This document shows positions 1 through 12,964 of a stretch of DNA of 64,000 nt, piece after piece (the first letter of the stretch is position 1; every line of letters starts with the position of its first letter). The notes below the pieces were generated by a model, which was not told where the DNA came from, searched no databases, and saw only the letters and a program-made list of their open reading frames with translations. The DNA is from Eledone cirrhosa (Eukaryota), in NCBI GenBank assembly GCA_964016885.1, contig OZ024741.1, positions 259,346,001 to 259,410,000 on the forward strand. The letters are read 5' to 3'. The position numbers and the translations under genes were made by a program.

Positions 1-1292
1 TCGAAACACTCGTAAGCCGGAAGACTCGTAAGTCGAAACACTCGTAAGCCGAAACACCCGTAAGTCAAAACATTCGTAAGTCAAAACACTCGTAAGTCGA
101 GACACTCGTAAGTAGAAACACTCGTAAGTCAAAACTCTCGTACGCCGAAACACTCGTAAGTAAAAACATTAGTAAATCGAAACACTCGCAAGTCGAAGCA
201 CTCGTAATCCGAAACACTCTTAAGTCGAAACACTCGTAAGTCGGAAAACTCGTAAGTCGAAACACTCGTAAGTCAGAACACTCGTAGTCAGAACACTCGT
301 AAGTCAAACCACTCGTAAGCCGAAACACTCGTAAGTCGAAACACTCGTAAGTCGAAACACTCGTAAGTCGAAAAACTCGTAAGCCGGAACACTCGTAAGT
401 CAGAACACTCGTAAGTCAGAACACTCGTAAGTCGAAACACTCGTAAGCCGAAACACACGTAAGTCGAAACATTCGTAAGTCGAAACACCCGTAAGTCGAA
501 ACACTCGTAAGTCGAAACACTCGTAAGTCGAAACACCGTAAGTCAAAACACTCGTATGTCGAAACATCCGTAAATCAGAACACTCCTAAGTCAAAACACT
601 CGTAAGCCGAAACACTCGTAAGTCAAAAATACTCGTAAGTCGAAACACCCTTAAGTAAAAACACTCGTAAGTCGAAACACTCGTAAGCCGAAACACCCGT
701 CAGTCAAAACACCCGTAAGTCGAAACACTCGTAAGTCAAAACTCTCGTACGCCGAAACACTCGTAAGTAAAAACATTAGTAAGTCGAAACACTCGTAAGC
801 CGAAACACTCATAAGTCGAAACACTCGTAAGCCGAAACACCCGTAAGTCAAAACATTCGTAAGTCAAAACACTCGTAAGTCGAAACACCCGTAAGTCGAA
901 ACACTCGTATGTCGAAACACTCGTAAGCCGAAACACCGTAAGTAAAAACACTCGTAAGTCGAAACACCCACAAGTCGAAACACTCGTAAGCCGAAACACT
1001 CGTGAGCCGAAACACTCGTAAGTCGGAAGACTCGTAAGTCAGAACACTCGTAAGTCAGAACACTCGTAAGTCGAAACACTCGTAAGCCGAAACATCCGTA
1101 AGTCAAAACATCCGTAAGTCAAAACATTCGTAAGTCGAAACACCCGTAGTCGAAACACTCGCATGTCGAAACACTCGTAAGTCGAAACACGCGTAAGTCG
1201 AAACACATGTAAGTCAAAACACTCGTAAGTCAAAACACTCGTAAGCCGAAACACTCGTAAGTCGAAACACTCGTAAGTCGAAACACTCGTAA

Positions 1293-1370
1293 AGCGAAAC
1301 GTATAAATAAAGATTAATGTAATGAATTTGAAAAGCATAGAGATCTGAAACCGCGTCTATTTGTTATTTT
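1293..1370 (+). repeat. 78-bp AT-rich spacer, subtype A (private AGATCT variant)
   Basis: agcgaaacgtataaataaagattaatgtaatgaatttgaaaagcatagagatctgaaaccgcgtctatttgttatttt interrupts the 16-mer array. Confidence 0.95.
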
Positions 1371-3521
1371 CGTAAGTCGAAACACTCGTAAGCCGAAACA
1401 CTCGTGAGCCGAAACACTCGTAAGTCGGAACACTCGTAAGTCAGAACACTCGTAAGTCAGAACACTCGTAAGTTAGAACACTCGTAAGTCAGAACACTCG
1501 TAAGTCAGAACACTCGTAAGTCAGAACACTCGTAAGTCGAAACACTCGTATCGAAACACTCGTATGTCAAGACACCAGTAAGTCAAAACACTCGTAAGTC
1601 GAAACACTCGTAAGCTGAAACACCGTAAGTCAAAACACTCGTAAGTCGAAACACTCGTAAGACGAAACACTCGTAAGTCGAAACACTCGTAAGCCGAAAC
1701 ACTCGTAAGCCGAAACACTCGTAAGTCGGAACACTCGTAAGTCAGAAAACTCATAAGTCAGAACACTCGTAAGTCAGAACACTCGTAAGTCGAAACACTC
1801 GTAAGCCGAAACACCGTAAGTCGAAACACCCGTATGTCGAAACACTCGTAAGCCGAAACACTCGTAAGTCGAAACACTCGTAAGTAAAAACATTAGTAAG
1901 TCGAAACACTCGTAAGCCGAAAGACTCGTAAGTCGAAACACTCGTAAGCCGAAACACCCGTAAGTCAAAACATTCGTAAGTCAAAATACTCGTAAGTCGA
2001 AACACCCGTAAGTCAAAACACTCGTATGTCGAAACACTCGTAAGCCGAAACAACGTAAGGAAAAACACTCGTAAGTCGAAACACCCATAAGTCGAAACAC
2101 TCGTAAGCCGAAACACTCTTAAGTCGAAACACTCATAAGCCGAAACACTCGTAAGTCGGAACACTCGTAAATCAGAACACCCGCAAGTCAGAACACTCGT
2201 AAATCAGAACACTCTTAAGTCGAAACTCACGTACGCCGAAACACTCGTAAGTCGAAACACTCGTAAGTCGAAACATCCTTAAGTCGAAACACTCGTACAC
2301 CGAAACACTCGTAAGTATAAACATTAGTAAGTCGAAACACTCGTATGTCGAAACACTCGTAAACCGAAACACTCGTAAGTCGGAACACTCGTAAGTCAGA
2401 ACACTCGTAAGTCAGAACTCTCGTAAGTTGAAACACTCATAAGTCGAAACACTCGTAAGTCGAAACACCCGTAAGTCGAAACACCCGTAAGTCGAAACAC
2501 TCGTATGTCGAATAACTCGTAAGCCGAAACACCGTAAGTCAAAACACTCGTAAGTCGAAACACTCGTAAGTCGAAACACCCATAAGCCGAAACACTCGTA
2601 AGCCAAAACATTCGTAAGTCGAAACACTCGTAAACCGAAACACTCGTAAGCCAAAACATTCGTAAGTCGAAACACTCGTAAGTCGAAACACCCATAGCCG
2701 AAACACTCGTAAGTCTGAACACACGTAAGTCAGAACAGCCGTAAGTCAGAACACTCGTAAGTCAGAACACTCGTAAGTCAGAACACTCGTAAGTCAGAGC
2801 ACTCGTATCGAAACACTCGTATGTCAAAACACCCGTAAGTCAAAACACTCGTAAGTCGAAACACTCGTAAGCCGAAACACCGTAAGCCAAAACACTCGTA
2901 AGTCGAAACACCCGTAAGTCGGAACACTCGTAAGTCGAAACACTCGTAAGTCGAAACACTCGTAAGCCGAAATACTCCTAAGCCGAAACACTCGTAAGTC
3001 GGAACACTCGTAAGTCGGAACACTCGTAAGTCAGAACACTCGTAAGTCAGAACACTCGTAAGTCAGAACACTCGTAAGTCAGAACACTCGTAAGTCGAAA
3101 CACTCGTATCGAAACACTCGTATGTCAAAACACCCGTAAGTCAAAACACTCGTAAGTCGAAACACTCGTAAGTCGAAACACTCGTATGTCGAAACATCCG
3201 TAAATCAGAACACTCGTAAGTCGAAACACTCGTAAGTCGAAACACTCGTAAGCCGAAACACTCGTAAGTCGAAGCACTCGTATCGAAACACTCGTAAGTC
3301 GAAACACCCTTAAGTCAAAACACTCGTAAGCCAAAACACTCGTAAGTCGAAACACTCGTAAGTCGGAACACTCGTAAGTCAGAACACTCGTAAGTTAGAA
3401 CACTCGTAAGTGGAAACACGCGTAAGTCGAAAGACCCGTAAGTCAAAAATCTCGTAAGTCAAAACACTCGTAAGCCGAAACACTCGTAAGTCGAAACACT
3501 CGTAAGTCGAAACATTCGTAA

Positions 3522-3599
3522 AGCGAAACGTATAAATAAATATTAATGTAATGAACTTGAAAAGCATAGATATTTGAAACCGCGTCTATTTGTTATTTT
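3522..3599 (+). repeat. 78-bp AT-rich spacer, subtype B (with AATATT variant)
   Basis: GAACTT and GATATTT alleles; preceded by cattcgtaa. Confidence 0.95.
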
Positions 3600-4704
3600 C
3601 GTAAGTCGAAACACTCGTAAGTCAGAACACTCGTAAGTCAGAACACTCTTAAGTCAGAACACTCGTATCGAAACACACGTATGTCAAAACACCCGTAAGT
3701 CAAAACACTCGTAAGTCGAAACACTCGTAAGTCGAAACACTCGTAAGCCGAAACAATCGTAAGTCAAAACACTCGTAAGTCGAAACACTCGTAAACCGAA
3801 AATACTCGTAAGTCGGAACACCCGTAAGCCGAAACCCTCGTAGGTCGGAACACTCGTAAGTCGAAACACTTGTAAGTCGAAACACCCGTAAGTCGAAACA
3901 CTCGTAAGTCGAAACACCCGTAATTCGAAACATCCGTAAGTCAAAACACTCGTATGTCGAAACACTCGTAAGCCGAAACACTCGTAAGTCGGAACACTCG
4001 CAAGTCAGAACACTCGTAAGTCAGAACACTCGTAAGTCGAAACACTCGTAAGTCGAAACGCCCGTAAGTCAAAACACTCGTATGTCGAAACACTCGCAAG
4101 CCGAAAAACCGTAAGTCAAAACACTCGTAAGTCGAAACACTCGTAAATCGAAACACTCGTAAGCCGAAACACTCGTAAGCGAAAACATTCGTTAGTCGAA
4201 ACACTCGTAACCCGAAACACTCGTAAGTCGAAACACTCGAAAGCCGAAACACTCGTAAGTCGAAACACTCATAAGCCGAAACACTCGTAAGTCGGAACAC
4301 TCGTAAGTCAGAACACCCGTATGTCAGAACACTCGTAGTCAGAACACTCGTAAGTCGAAACACTCGTAAGCCGAAACACTCGCAAGTCCAAGCACTCGTA
4401 ATCCGAAACACTCTTAAGTCGAAACACTCGTAAGTCGGAACACTCGTAAGTCAGAACACTCGTAAGTCAGAACATTCGTAAGTCGAAACACTCGTAAGCC
4501 GAAACATCCGTAAGTCAAAACATCCGTAAGTCAAAACATTCGTAAGTCGAAACACCAGTAGTCGAAACACTCGCAAGTCGAAACACTCGTAAGTCGAAAC
4601 ACGCGTAAGTCGAAACACATGTAAGTCAAAACACCCGTAAGTCAAAACACTCGTAAGCCGAAACACTCGTAAGTCGAAACACTCGTAAGTCGAAACACTC
4701 GTAA

Positions 4705-4782
4705 AGCGAAACGTATAAATAAAGATTAATGTAATGAATTTGAAAAGCATAGAGATTTGAAACCGCGTCTATTTGTTATTTT
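4705..4782 (+). repeat. 78-bp AT-rich spacer, subtype A
   Basis: GAATTT/GAGATTT alleles. Confidence 0.95.
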
Positions 4783-6023
4783 CGTAAATCGAAACACTCG
4801 TAAGCCGAAACACTCGTGAGCCGAAACACTCGTAAGTCGGAACACTCGTAAGTCAGAACACTCGTAAGTCAGAACACTCGTAAGTTAGAACACTCGTAAG
4901 TCAGAACACTCGTAAGTCAGAACACTCGTAAGTCAGAACACTCGTAAGTCGAAACACTCGTATCGAAACACTCGTATGTCAAAACACCAGTAAGTCAAAA
5001 CACTCGTAAGTCGAAACACTCGTAAGCCGAAACACCGTAAGTCGAAACACTCGTAAGTCGAAACACTCGTAAGTCGAAACACTCGTAAGCCGAAACACTC
5101 GTAAGTCGGAACACTCGTAAGTCAGAACACTCATAAGTCAGAACACTCGTAAGTCAGAACACTCGTAAGTCGAAACACTCGTATCGAAACACTCGTATGT
5201 CAAAACACCAGTAAGTCGAAGCACTCGTATCGAAACACTCGTATGTTAAAACACCAGTAAGTCAAAACACTCGTAAGTCGAAACACTCGTAAGCCGAAAC
5301 ACCGTAAGTCGAAACACCCGTATGTCGAAACACTCGTAAGCCGAAACACTCGTAAGTCGAAACACTCGTAGTCGAAACACTCGTAAGTCGAAACACCCGT
5401 AAGTCGAAACACTCGTAAGTCGAAACACTCGTAAGCCGAAACACTCGTAAGTCGAAACACTCATAAGCCGAAACACTCGTAAGTCGAAACACTCGTAAGT
5501 CAGAACACTCGTAAGTCAGAACACTCGTAAGTTAGAACACTCGTAAGTCAGAACACTGGTAAGTCGAAACACTCGTATCGAAACACTCGTATGTCAAAAC
5601 ACCAGTAAGTCAAAACACTCGTAAGTCGAAACACTCGTAAGCCGAAACACCGTAAGTCAAAACACTCGTAAGTCGAAACACTCGTAAGCCGAAACACCCG
5701 TAAGTCAAAACATTCGTAAGTCAAAACACTCGTAAGTCGAAACACTCGTAAGTCGAAACACTCGTAAGTCGAAACAGTCGTAAGCCGAAACAACCGTAAG
5801 TCGAAACACCCGTAAGTCGAAACACCCGTAAGTCAAAACACTCGTATGTCGAAACACTCGTAAGTCGGAACACTCGTAAGTCAGAACACTCGTAAGTCAG
5901 AACACTCGTAAGTGGAAACACGCGTAAGTCGAAAGACCCGTAAGTCAAAAATCTCGTAAGTCAAAACACTCGTAAGCCGAAACACTCGTAAGTCGAAAGA
6001 CTCGTAAGTCGAAACATTCGTAA

Positions 6024-6101
6024 AGCGAAACGTATAAATAAAGATTAATGTAATGAACTTGAAAAGCATAGAGATTTGAAACCGCGTCTATTTGTTATTT
6101 T
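6024..6101 (+). repeat. 78-bp AT-rich spacer, subtype B (with A-like GAGATTT)
   Basis: GAACTT with GAGATTT; B-type flanks. Confidence 0.95.
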
Positions 6102-7819
6102 CGTAAGTCGAAACACTCGTAAGTCAGAACACTCGTAAGTCAGAACACTCGTAAGTCAGAACACTCGTAAGTCAGAACACTCGTAAGTCAGAACACTCTT
6201 AAGTCAGAACACTCGTATCGAAACACTCGTATGTCAAAACACCCGTAAGTCAAAACACTCGTAAGTCGAAACACTCGTAAGTCGAAACACTCGTAAGCCG
6301 AAACAATCTTAAGTCAAAACACTCGTAAGTCGAAACACTCGTAAGCAGAAACCCTCGTAGGTCGGAACACTCGTAAGTCGAAACACTCGTAAGTCGAAAC
6401 ACCCGTAAGTCGGAACACTCGTAAGTCAGAACACTCGTAAGTCAGAACACTCGTAAGTCAGAACACTCGTAAGTCGAAACACTCGTATCGAAACACTCGT
6501 AAGTCAAAACACTCGTAAGTCGAAACACTCGTAAGCCGAAACACCGTAAGTCAAAACACTCGTAAGTCGAAACACTCGTAAGTCGAAACACTCGTAAGTC
6601 GAAACACTCGTAAGTCGAAACACTCGTAAGCCGAAACACTCGTAAGCCGAAACACTCGTAAGTCGGAACACTCGTAAGTCAGAACACTCATAAGTCAGAA
6701 CACTCGTAAGTCAGAACACTCGTAAGTCGAAACACTCGTAAGCCGAAACACCGTACGTCGAAACACCCGTATGTCGAAACACTCGTAAGCCGAAACACTC
6801 GTAAGTCGAAACACTCGTAGTCGAAACACTCGTAAGTCGAAACACCCGTAAGTCGAAACACTCGTAAGTCGAAACACTCGTAAACCGAAACACTCGTAAG
6901 TCGAAACACTCATAAGTCGAAACACTCGTAAGTCGAAACACCCATAAGCCGAAACACTCGAAAGCCAAAACATTCGTAAGTCGAAACACTCGTAAGCCGA
7001 AACACTCGTAAGCCAAAACATTCGTAAGTCGAAACACTCGTAAGTCGAAACACCCATAGCCGAAACACTCGTAAGTCGGAACACACGTAAGTCAGAACAC
7101 CCGTAAGTCAGAACACTCGTAAGTCAGAACACTCCTAAGTCAGAACACTCGTAAGTCAGAGCACTCGTATCGAAACACTCGTATGTAAAAACACCCGTAA
7201 GTCAAAACACTAGTAAGTCGAAACACTCGTAAGCCGAAACACCGTACGCCAAAACACTCGTAAGTCGAAACACCCGTAAGTCGGAACACTCGTAAGTCAA
7301 AACTCTCGCACACCGAAACACTCGTAAGTAAAAACATTAGTAAGTCAAAACACTCGTAAGCCGAAACACTCATAAATCGAAACACTCGTAAGCCGAAACA
7401 CCCGTAAGTCAAAACATTCGTAAGTCGAAACACTCGTAAGTAGAAACACCCGTAAGTCAAAACACTCATATGTCGAAACACTCGTAAGCCGAAACACCGT
7501 AAGTAAAAACACTCGTAAGTCGAAACACCCTTAAGTCGAAACACTCGTAAGCCGAAACACTCGTAAGTCGAAACACTCGTAAGTCGGAACACTCGTAAAT
7601 CAGAACACCCGCAAGTCAAAACACTCGTAAATCAGAACACTCTTAAGTCGAAACTCACGTAAGACGAAACACTCGTAAGTCGAAACACGTGTAAGTCAAA
7701 ACACTCGTAAGTCAAAACACTCGTAAGCCGAAACACTCGTAAGCAGAAACCCTCGTAGGTCGGAACACTCGTAAGTCGAAACACTCGTAAGTCGAAACAC
7801 CCGTAAGTCGGAACACTCG

Positions 7820-10800
7820 TAAGTCGAAACACTCGTAAGTCAGAGCACCCGTAAGTCAGAACACTCGTAGTCAGAACACTCGTAAGTCAATACACTCGTA
7901 AGTCGAAACACCCGTAAGTTGAAACATCCGTAAGTCAAAACACTCGTATGTCTAAACACTCGTAAGCCGAAACACTCGTAAGTCGGAACACTCGCAAGTC
8001 AGAACACTCGTAAGTCAGAACACTCGTAAGTCGAAACACTCGTAAGTCGAAACACCCGTAAGTCGAAACACTCGAAAGCCGAAACACTCGTAAGCCGAAA
8101 CACTCATAAGCCGAAAGACTCGTAAGTCGGAACACTCGTAAGTCAGAACACCCGTAAGTCAGAACACTCGTAGTCAGAACACTCGTATGTCGAAACACTC
8201 GTTAGCCGAAACACTCGTAAGTCGAAGCACTCGTAAGTCGAAACACTCGTAAGTCGAAACACTCGTAAGTCGAAACACTCGTAAGCCGAAACACTCGTAA
8301 GCCGAAACACTCGTAAGTCGGAACACTCGTAAGTTAGAACACTCGTAAGTCAGAACACTCGTAAGTCAGAACACTCGTAAGTCAGAACATTCGTAAGTCG
8401 AAACACTCGTATCGAAACACTCGTATGTCAAAACACCAGTAAGTCAAAACACTCGTAAGTCGAAACACTCGTAAGCCGAAACATCGTAAGTCAAAACACT
8501 CGTAAGTCGAAACACTCGTAAGTCGAAACACTCGTAAGTCGAAACACTCGTAAGTCGAAACACTCGTAAGCCGAAACACTCGTAAGCCGAAACACTCGTA
8601 AGTCGGAACACTCGTAAGTCAGAACACTCATAAGCAGAACACTCGTAAGTCAGAACACTTGTAAGTCGAAACACTCGTAAGCCGAAACACCGTAAGTCGA
8701 AACACTCGTAGTCGAAACACTCGTAAGTCGAAACACCCGTAAGTCGAAACACTCGTAAGTCGAAACACTCGTAAACCGAAACACTCGTAAGTCGAAACAC
8801 TCATAGGCCGAAACACTCGTAAGTCGAAACACTCATAAGCCGAAACACTCGTAATCAAAACACTCGTAGTCAGAACACTCGTAAGTCAATCCACTCGTAA
8901 GCCGAAACACTCGTAAGTCGAAACATCCGTAAATCAGAACACTCGTAAGTCAAAACACTCGTAAGTCGAAACACTCGTAAGCCAAAAATACTCGTAAGTC
9001 GAAACACCCTTAAGTCAAAACACTCGTAAGTCGAAACACTCGTAAGCCGAAACACTCGTAAGTCGGAACACTCGTAAGTCAGAACACTCATAAGTCAGAA
9101 CACTCGTAAGTCAGAACACTTGTAAGTCGAAACACTCGTAAGCCGAAACACCGTAAGTCGAAACACTCGTAGTCGAAACACTCGTAAGTCGAAACACCCG
9201 TAAGTCAAAACATTCGTAAGTCGAAACACTCGTAAGTCGAAACACCCGTAAGTCAAAACACTCGTAAGCCGAAACACTCATAAATCGAAACACTCGTAAG
9301 CCGAAACACCCGTAAGTCAAAACATTCGTAAGTCGAAACACTCGTAAGTCGAAACACCCGTAAGTCAAAACACTCATATGTCGAAACACTCGTAAGCCGA
9401 AACACCGTAAGTAAAAACACTCGTAAGTCGAAACACCCTTAAGTCGAAACACTCGTAAGCCGAAACACTCGTAAGTCGAAACACTCGTAAGTCGGAACAC
9501 TCGTAAATCAGAACACCCGCAAGTCAAAACACTCGTAAATCAGAACACTCTTAAGTCGAAACTCACGTAAGACGAAACACTCGTAAGTCGAAACACGTGT
9601 AAGTCAAAACACTCGTAAGTCAAAACACTCGTAAGCCGAAACACTCGTAAGCAGAAACCCTCGTAGGTCGGAACACTCGTAAGTCGAAATACTCGTAAGT
9701 CGAAACACCCGTAAGTCGGAACACTCGTAAGTCAGAATACTCGTAAGTCGAAACACTCGTAAACCGGAACACCCGTAAGGCAAAACATTCGTAAGTCAAA
9801 ACACTCGTAAGTCGAAACACTCGTAAGCCGAAACACTCGTAAGTCGAAACACTCGTAAGTCGAAACACTCGTAAGTCGAAACACTCGTAACCCGAAACAC
9901 TCGTAAGTCGAAACACTCGTAAGTCGAAACACTCGTAAGTCAGAGCACCCGTAAGTCAGAACACTCGTAGTCAGAACACTCGTAAGTCAATACACTCGTA
10001 AGTCGAAACACCCGTAAGTTGAAACATCCGTAAGTCAAAACACTCGTATGTCTAAACACTCGTAAGCCGAAACACTCGTAAGTCGGAACACTCGCAAGTC
10101 AGAACACTCGTAAGTCAGAACACTCGTAAGTCGAAACACTCGTAAGTCGAAACACCCGTAAGTCGAAACACTCGAAAGCCGAAACACTCGTAAGTCGAAA
10201 CACTCATAAGCCGAAAGACTCGTAAGTCGGAACACTCGTAAGTCAGAACACCCGTAAGTCAGAACACTCGTAGTCAGAACACTCGTATGTCGAAACACTC
10301 GTTAGCCGAAACACTCGTAAGTCGAAGCACTCGTAAGTCGAAACACTCGTAAGTCGAAACACTCGTAAGTCGAAACACTCGTAAGCCGAAACACTCGTAA
10401 GCCGAAACACTCGTAAGTCGGAACACTCGTAAGTTAGAACACTCGTAAGTCAGAACACTCGTAAGTCAGAACACTCGTAAGTCAGAACACTCGTAAGTCG
10501 AAACACTCGTATCGAAACACTCGTATGTCAAAACACCAGTAAGTCAAAACACTCGTAAGTCGAAACACTCGTAAGCCGAAACATCGTAAGTCAAAACACT
10601 CGTAAGTCGAAACACTCGTAAGTCGAAACACTCGTAAGTCGAAACACTCGTAAGTCGAAACACTCGTAAGCCGAAACACTCGTAAGCCGAAACACTCGTA
10701 AGTCGGAACACTCGTAAGTCAGAACAGTCATAAGTCAGAACACTCGTAAGTCAGAACACTTGTAAGTTGAAACACTCGTAAGCCGAAACACCGTAAGTCG

Positions 10801-11100
10801 AAACACTCGTAGTCGAAACACTCGTAAGTCGAAACACCCGTAAGTCGAAACACTCGTAAGTCGAAACACTCGTAAACCGAAACACTCGTAAGTCGAAACA
10901 CTCATAGGCCGAAACACTCGTAATCAAAACACTCGTAGTCGGAACACTCGTAAGTCAATCCACTCGTAAGCCGAAACACTCGTAAGTCGAAACATCCGTA
11001 AATCAGAACACTCGTAAGTCAAAACACTCGTAAGTCGAAACACTCGTAAGCCAAAAATACTCGTAAGTCGAAACACCCTTAAGTCAAAACACTCGTAAGT
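7820..11100 (+). repeat. Local duplication with 2100-bp offset (approximate ends)
   Basis: Matching ORF-track markers 7935/10035 and 8382/10482; shared rare variants gtcaatacac, tctaaacac and gtcaatccac. Confidence 0.85.
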
Positions 11101-11737
11101 CGAAACACTCGTAAGTCGAAACACTCGTACGCCGAAACATTCGTAAGTAAAAACATTAGTAAGTCGAAACACTCATAAGCCGAAAGACTCGTAAGTCGAA
11201 ACACTAGTAAGCCGAAACACCCGTAAGTCAAAACACTCGTAAGTCGAAACACTCGTAAGTAGAAACACTCGTAAGTCAAAACTCTCGCACGCCGAAACAC
11301 TCGTAAGTAAAAACATTAGTAAGTCGAAACACTCGTAAGCCGAAACACTCATAAATCGAAACACTCGTAAGCCGAAACACCCGTAAGTCAAAACATTCGT
11401 AAGTCGAAACACCCGTAAGTCAAAACACTCATATGTCGAAACACTCGTAAGCCGAAACACCGTAAGTAAAAACACTCGTAAGTCGAAACACCCATAAGTC
11501 GAAACACTCGTAAGCCGAAACACTCGTAAGTCGAAACACTCGTAAGTCGGAACACTCGTAAATCAGAACACCCGCAAGTCAGAACACTCGTAAATCAGAA
11601 CACTCTTAAGTCGAAACTCACGTAAGCCGAAACACTCGTTGGTCGAAACACATGTAAGTCAAAACACTCGTAAGTCAAAACACTCGTAAGCCGAAACACT
11701 CGTAAGTCGAAACACTCGTAAGTCGAAACACTCGTAA

Positions 11738-11815
11738 AGCGAAACGTATAAATAAAGATTAATGTAATGAATTTGAAAAGCATAGAGATTTGAAACCGCG
11801 TCTATTTGTTATTTT
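11738..11815 (+). repeat. 78-bp AT-rich spacer, subtype A
   Basis: GAATTT allele. Confidence 0.95.
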
Positions 11816-12886
11816 CGTAAGTCGAAACACTCGTAAGCCGAAACACTCGTGAGCCGAAACACTCGTAAGTCGGAACACTCTTAAGTCAGAACACTCGGCA
11901 GTCAGAACACTCGTAAGTTAGAACACTCGTAAGTCAGAACACTCGTAAGTCAGAACACTCGTAAGTCAGAACACTCGTAAGTCGAAACACTCGTATCGAA
12001 ACACTCGTATGTCAAAACACCAGTAAGTCAAAACACTCGTAAGTCGAAACACTCGTAAGCCGAAACACCGTAAGTCAAAACACTCGTAAGTCGAAACACT
12101 CGTAAGTCGAAACACTCGTAAGTCGAAACACTCGTAAGTCGAAACACTCGTAAGCCGAAACACTCGTAAGCCGAAACACTCGTAAGTCGGAACACTCGTA
12201 AGTCAGAACACTCATAAGTCAGAACACTCGTAAGTCAGAACACTCGTAAGTCGAAACACTCGTAAGCCGAAACACCGTACGTCGAAACACCCGTATGTCG
12301 AAACACTCGTAAGCCGAAACACTCGTAAGTCGAAACACTCGTAGTCGAAAAACTCGTAAGTCGAAACACCCGTAAGTCGAAACACTCGTAAGTCGAAACA
12401 CTCGTAAACCGAAACACTCGTAAGTCGAAACACTCATAAGTCGAAACACCCATAAGCCGAAACACTCGAAAGCCAAAACATTCGTAAGTCGAAACACTCG
12501 TAAGCCGAAACACTCGTAAGCCAAAACATTCGTAAGTCGAAACACTCGTAAGTCGAAACACCCGTAAGTCAAAACACTCATATGTCGAAACACTCGTAAG
12601 CCGAAACACCGTAAGTAAAAACACTCGTAAGTCGAAACACCCTTAAGTCGAAACACTCGTAAGCCGAAACACTCGTAAGTCGAAACACTCGTAAGTCGGA
12701 ACACTCGTAAATCAGAACACCCGCAAGTCAAAACACTCGTAAATCAGAACACTCTTAAGTCGAAACTCACGTAAGACGAAACACTCGTAAGTCGAAACAC
12801 GTGTAAGTCAAAACACTCGTAAGTCAAAACACTCGTAAGCCGAAACACTCGTAAGTCGAAACACTCGTAAGTCGAAACACTCGTAA

Positions 12887-12964
12887 AGCGAAACGTATAA
12901 ATAAAGATTAATGTAATGAATTTGAAAAGCATAGAGATTTGAAACCGCGTCTATTTGTTATTTT
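12887..12964 (+). repeat. 78-bp AT-rich spacer, subtype A
   Basis: GAATTT allele; 1149 bp after previous copy. Confidence 0.95.

Noticed and set aside
1301-1311. TATA box / polyadenylation signal as an annotated regulatory feature
   Set aside because: Such motifs are expected by chance in AT-rich DNA and there is no associated gene. Kept only as a hypothesis under findings.
1039-1338. MLFKFITLIFIYTFRF... ORF resembling a signal-peptide protein family (repeated at most spacers)
   Set aside because: The hydrophobic start is the expected translation of T-rich DNA. The downstream length varies with monomer variants, and some copies fall below 60 aa. No independent coding evidence.
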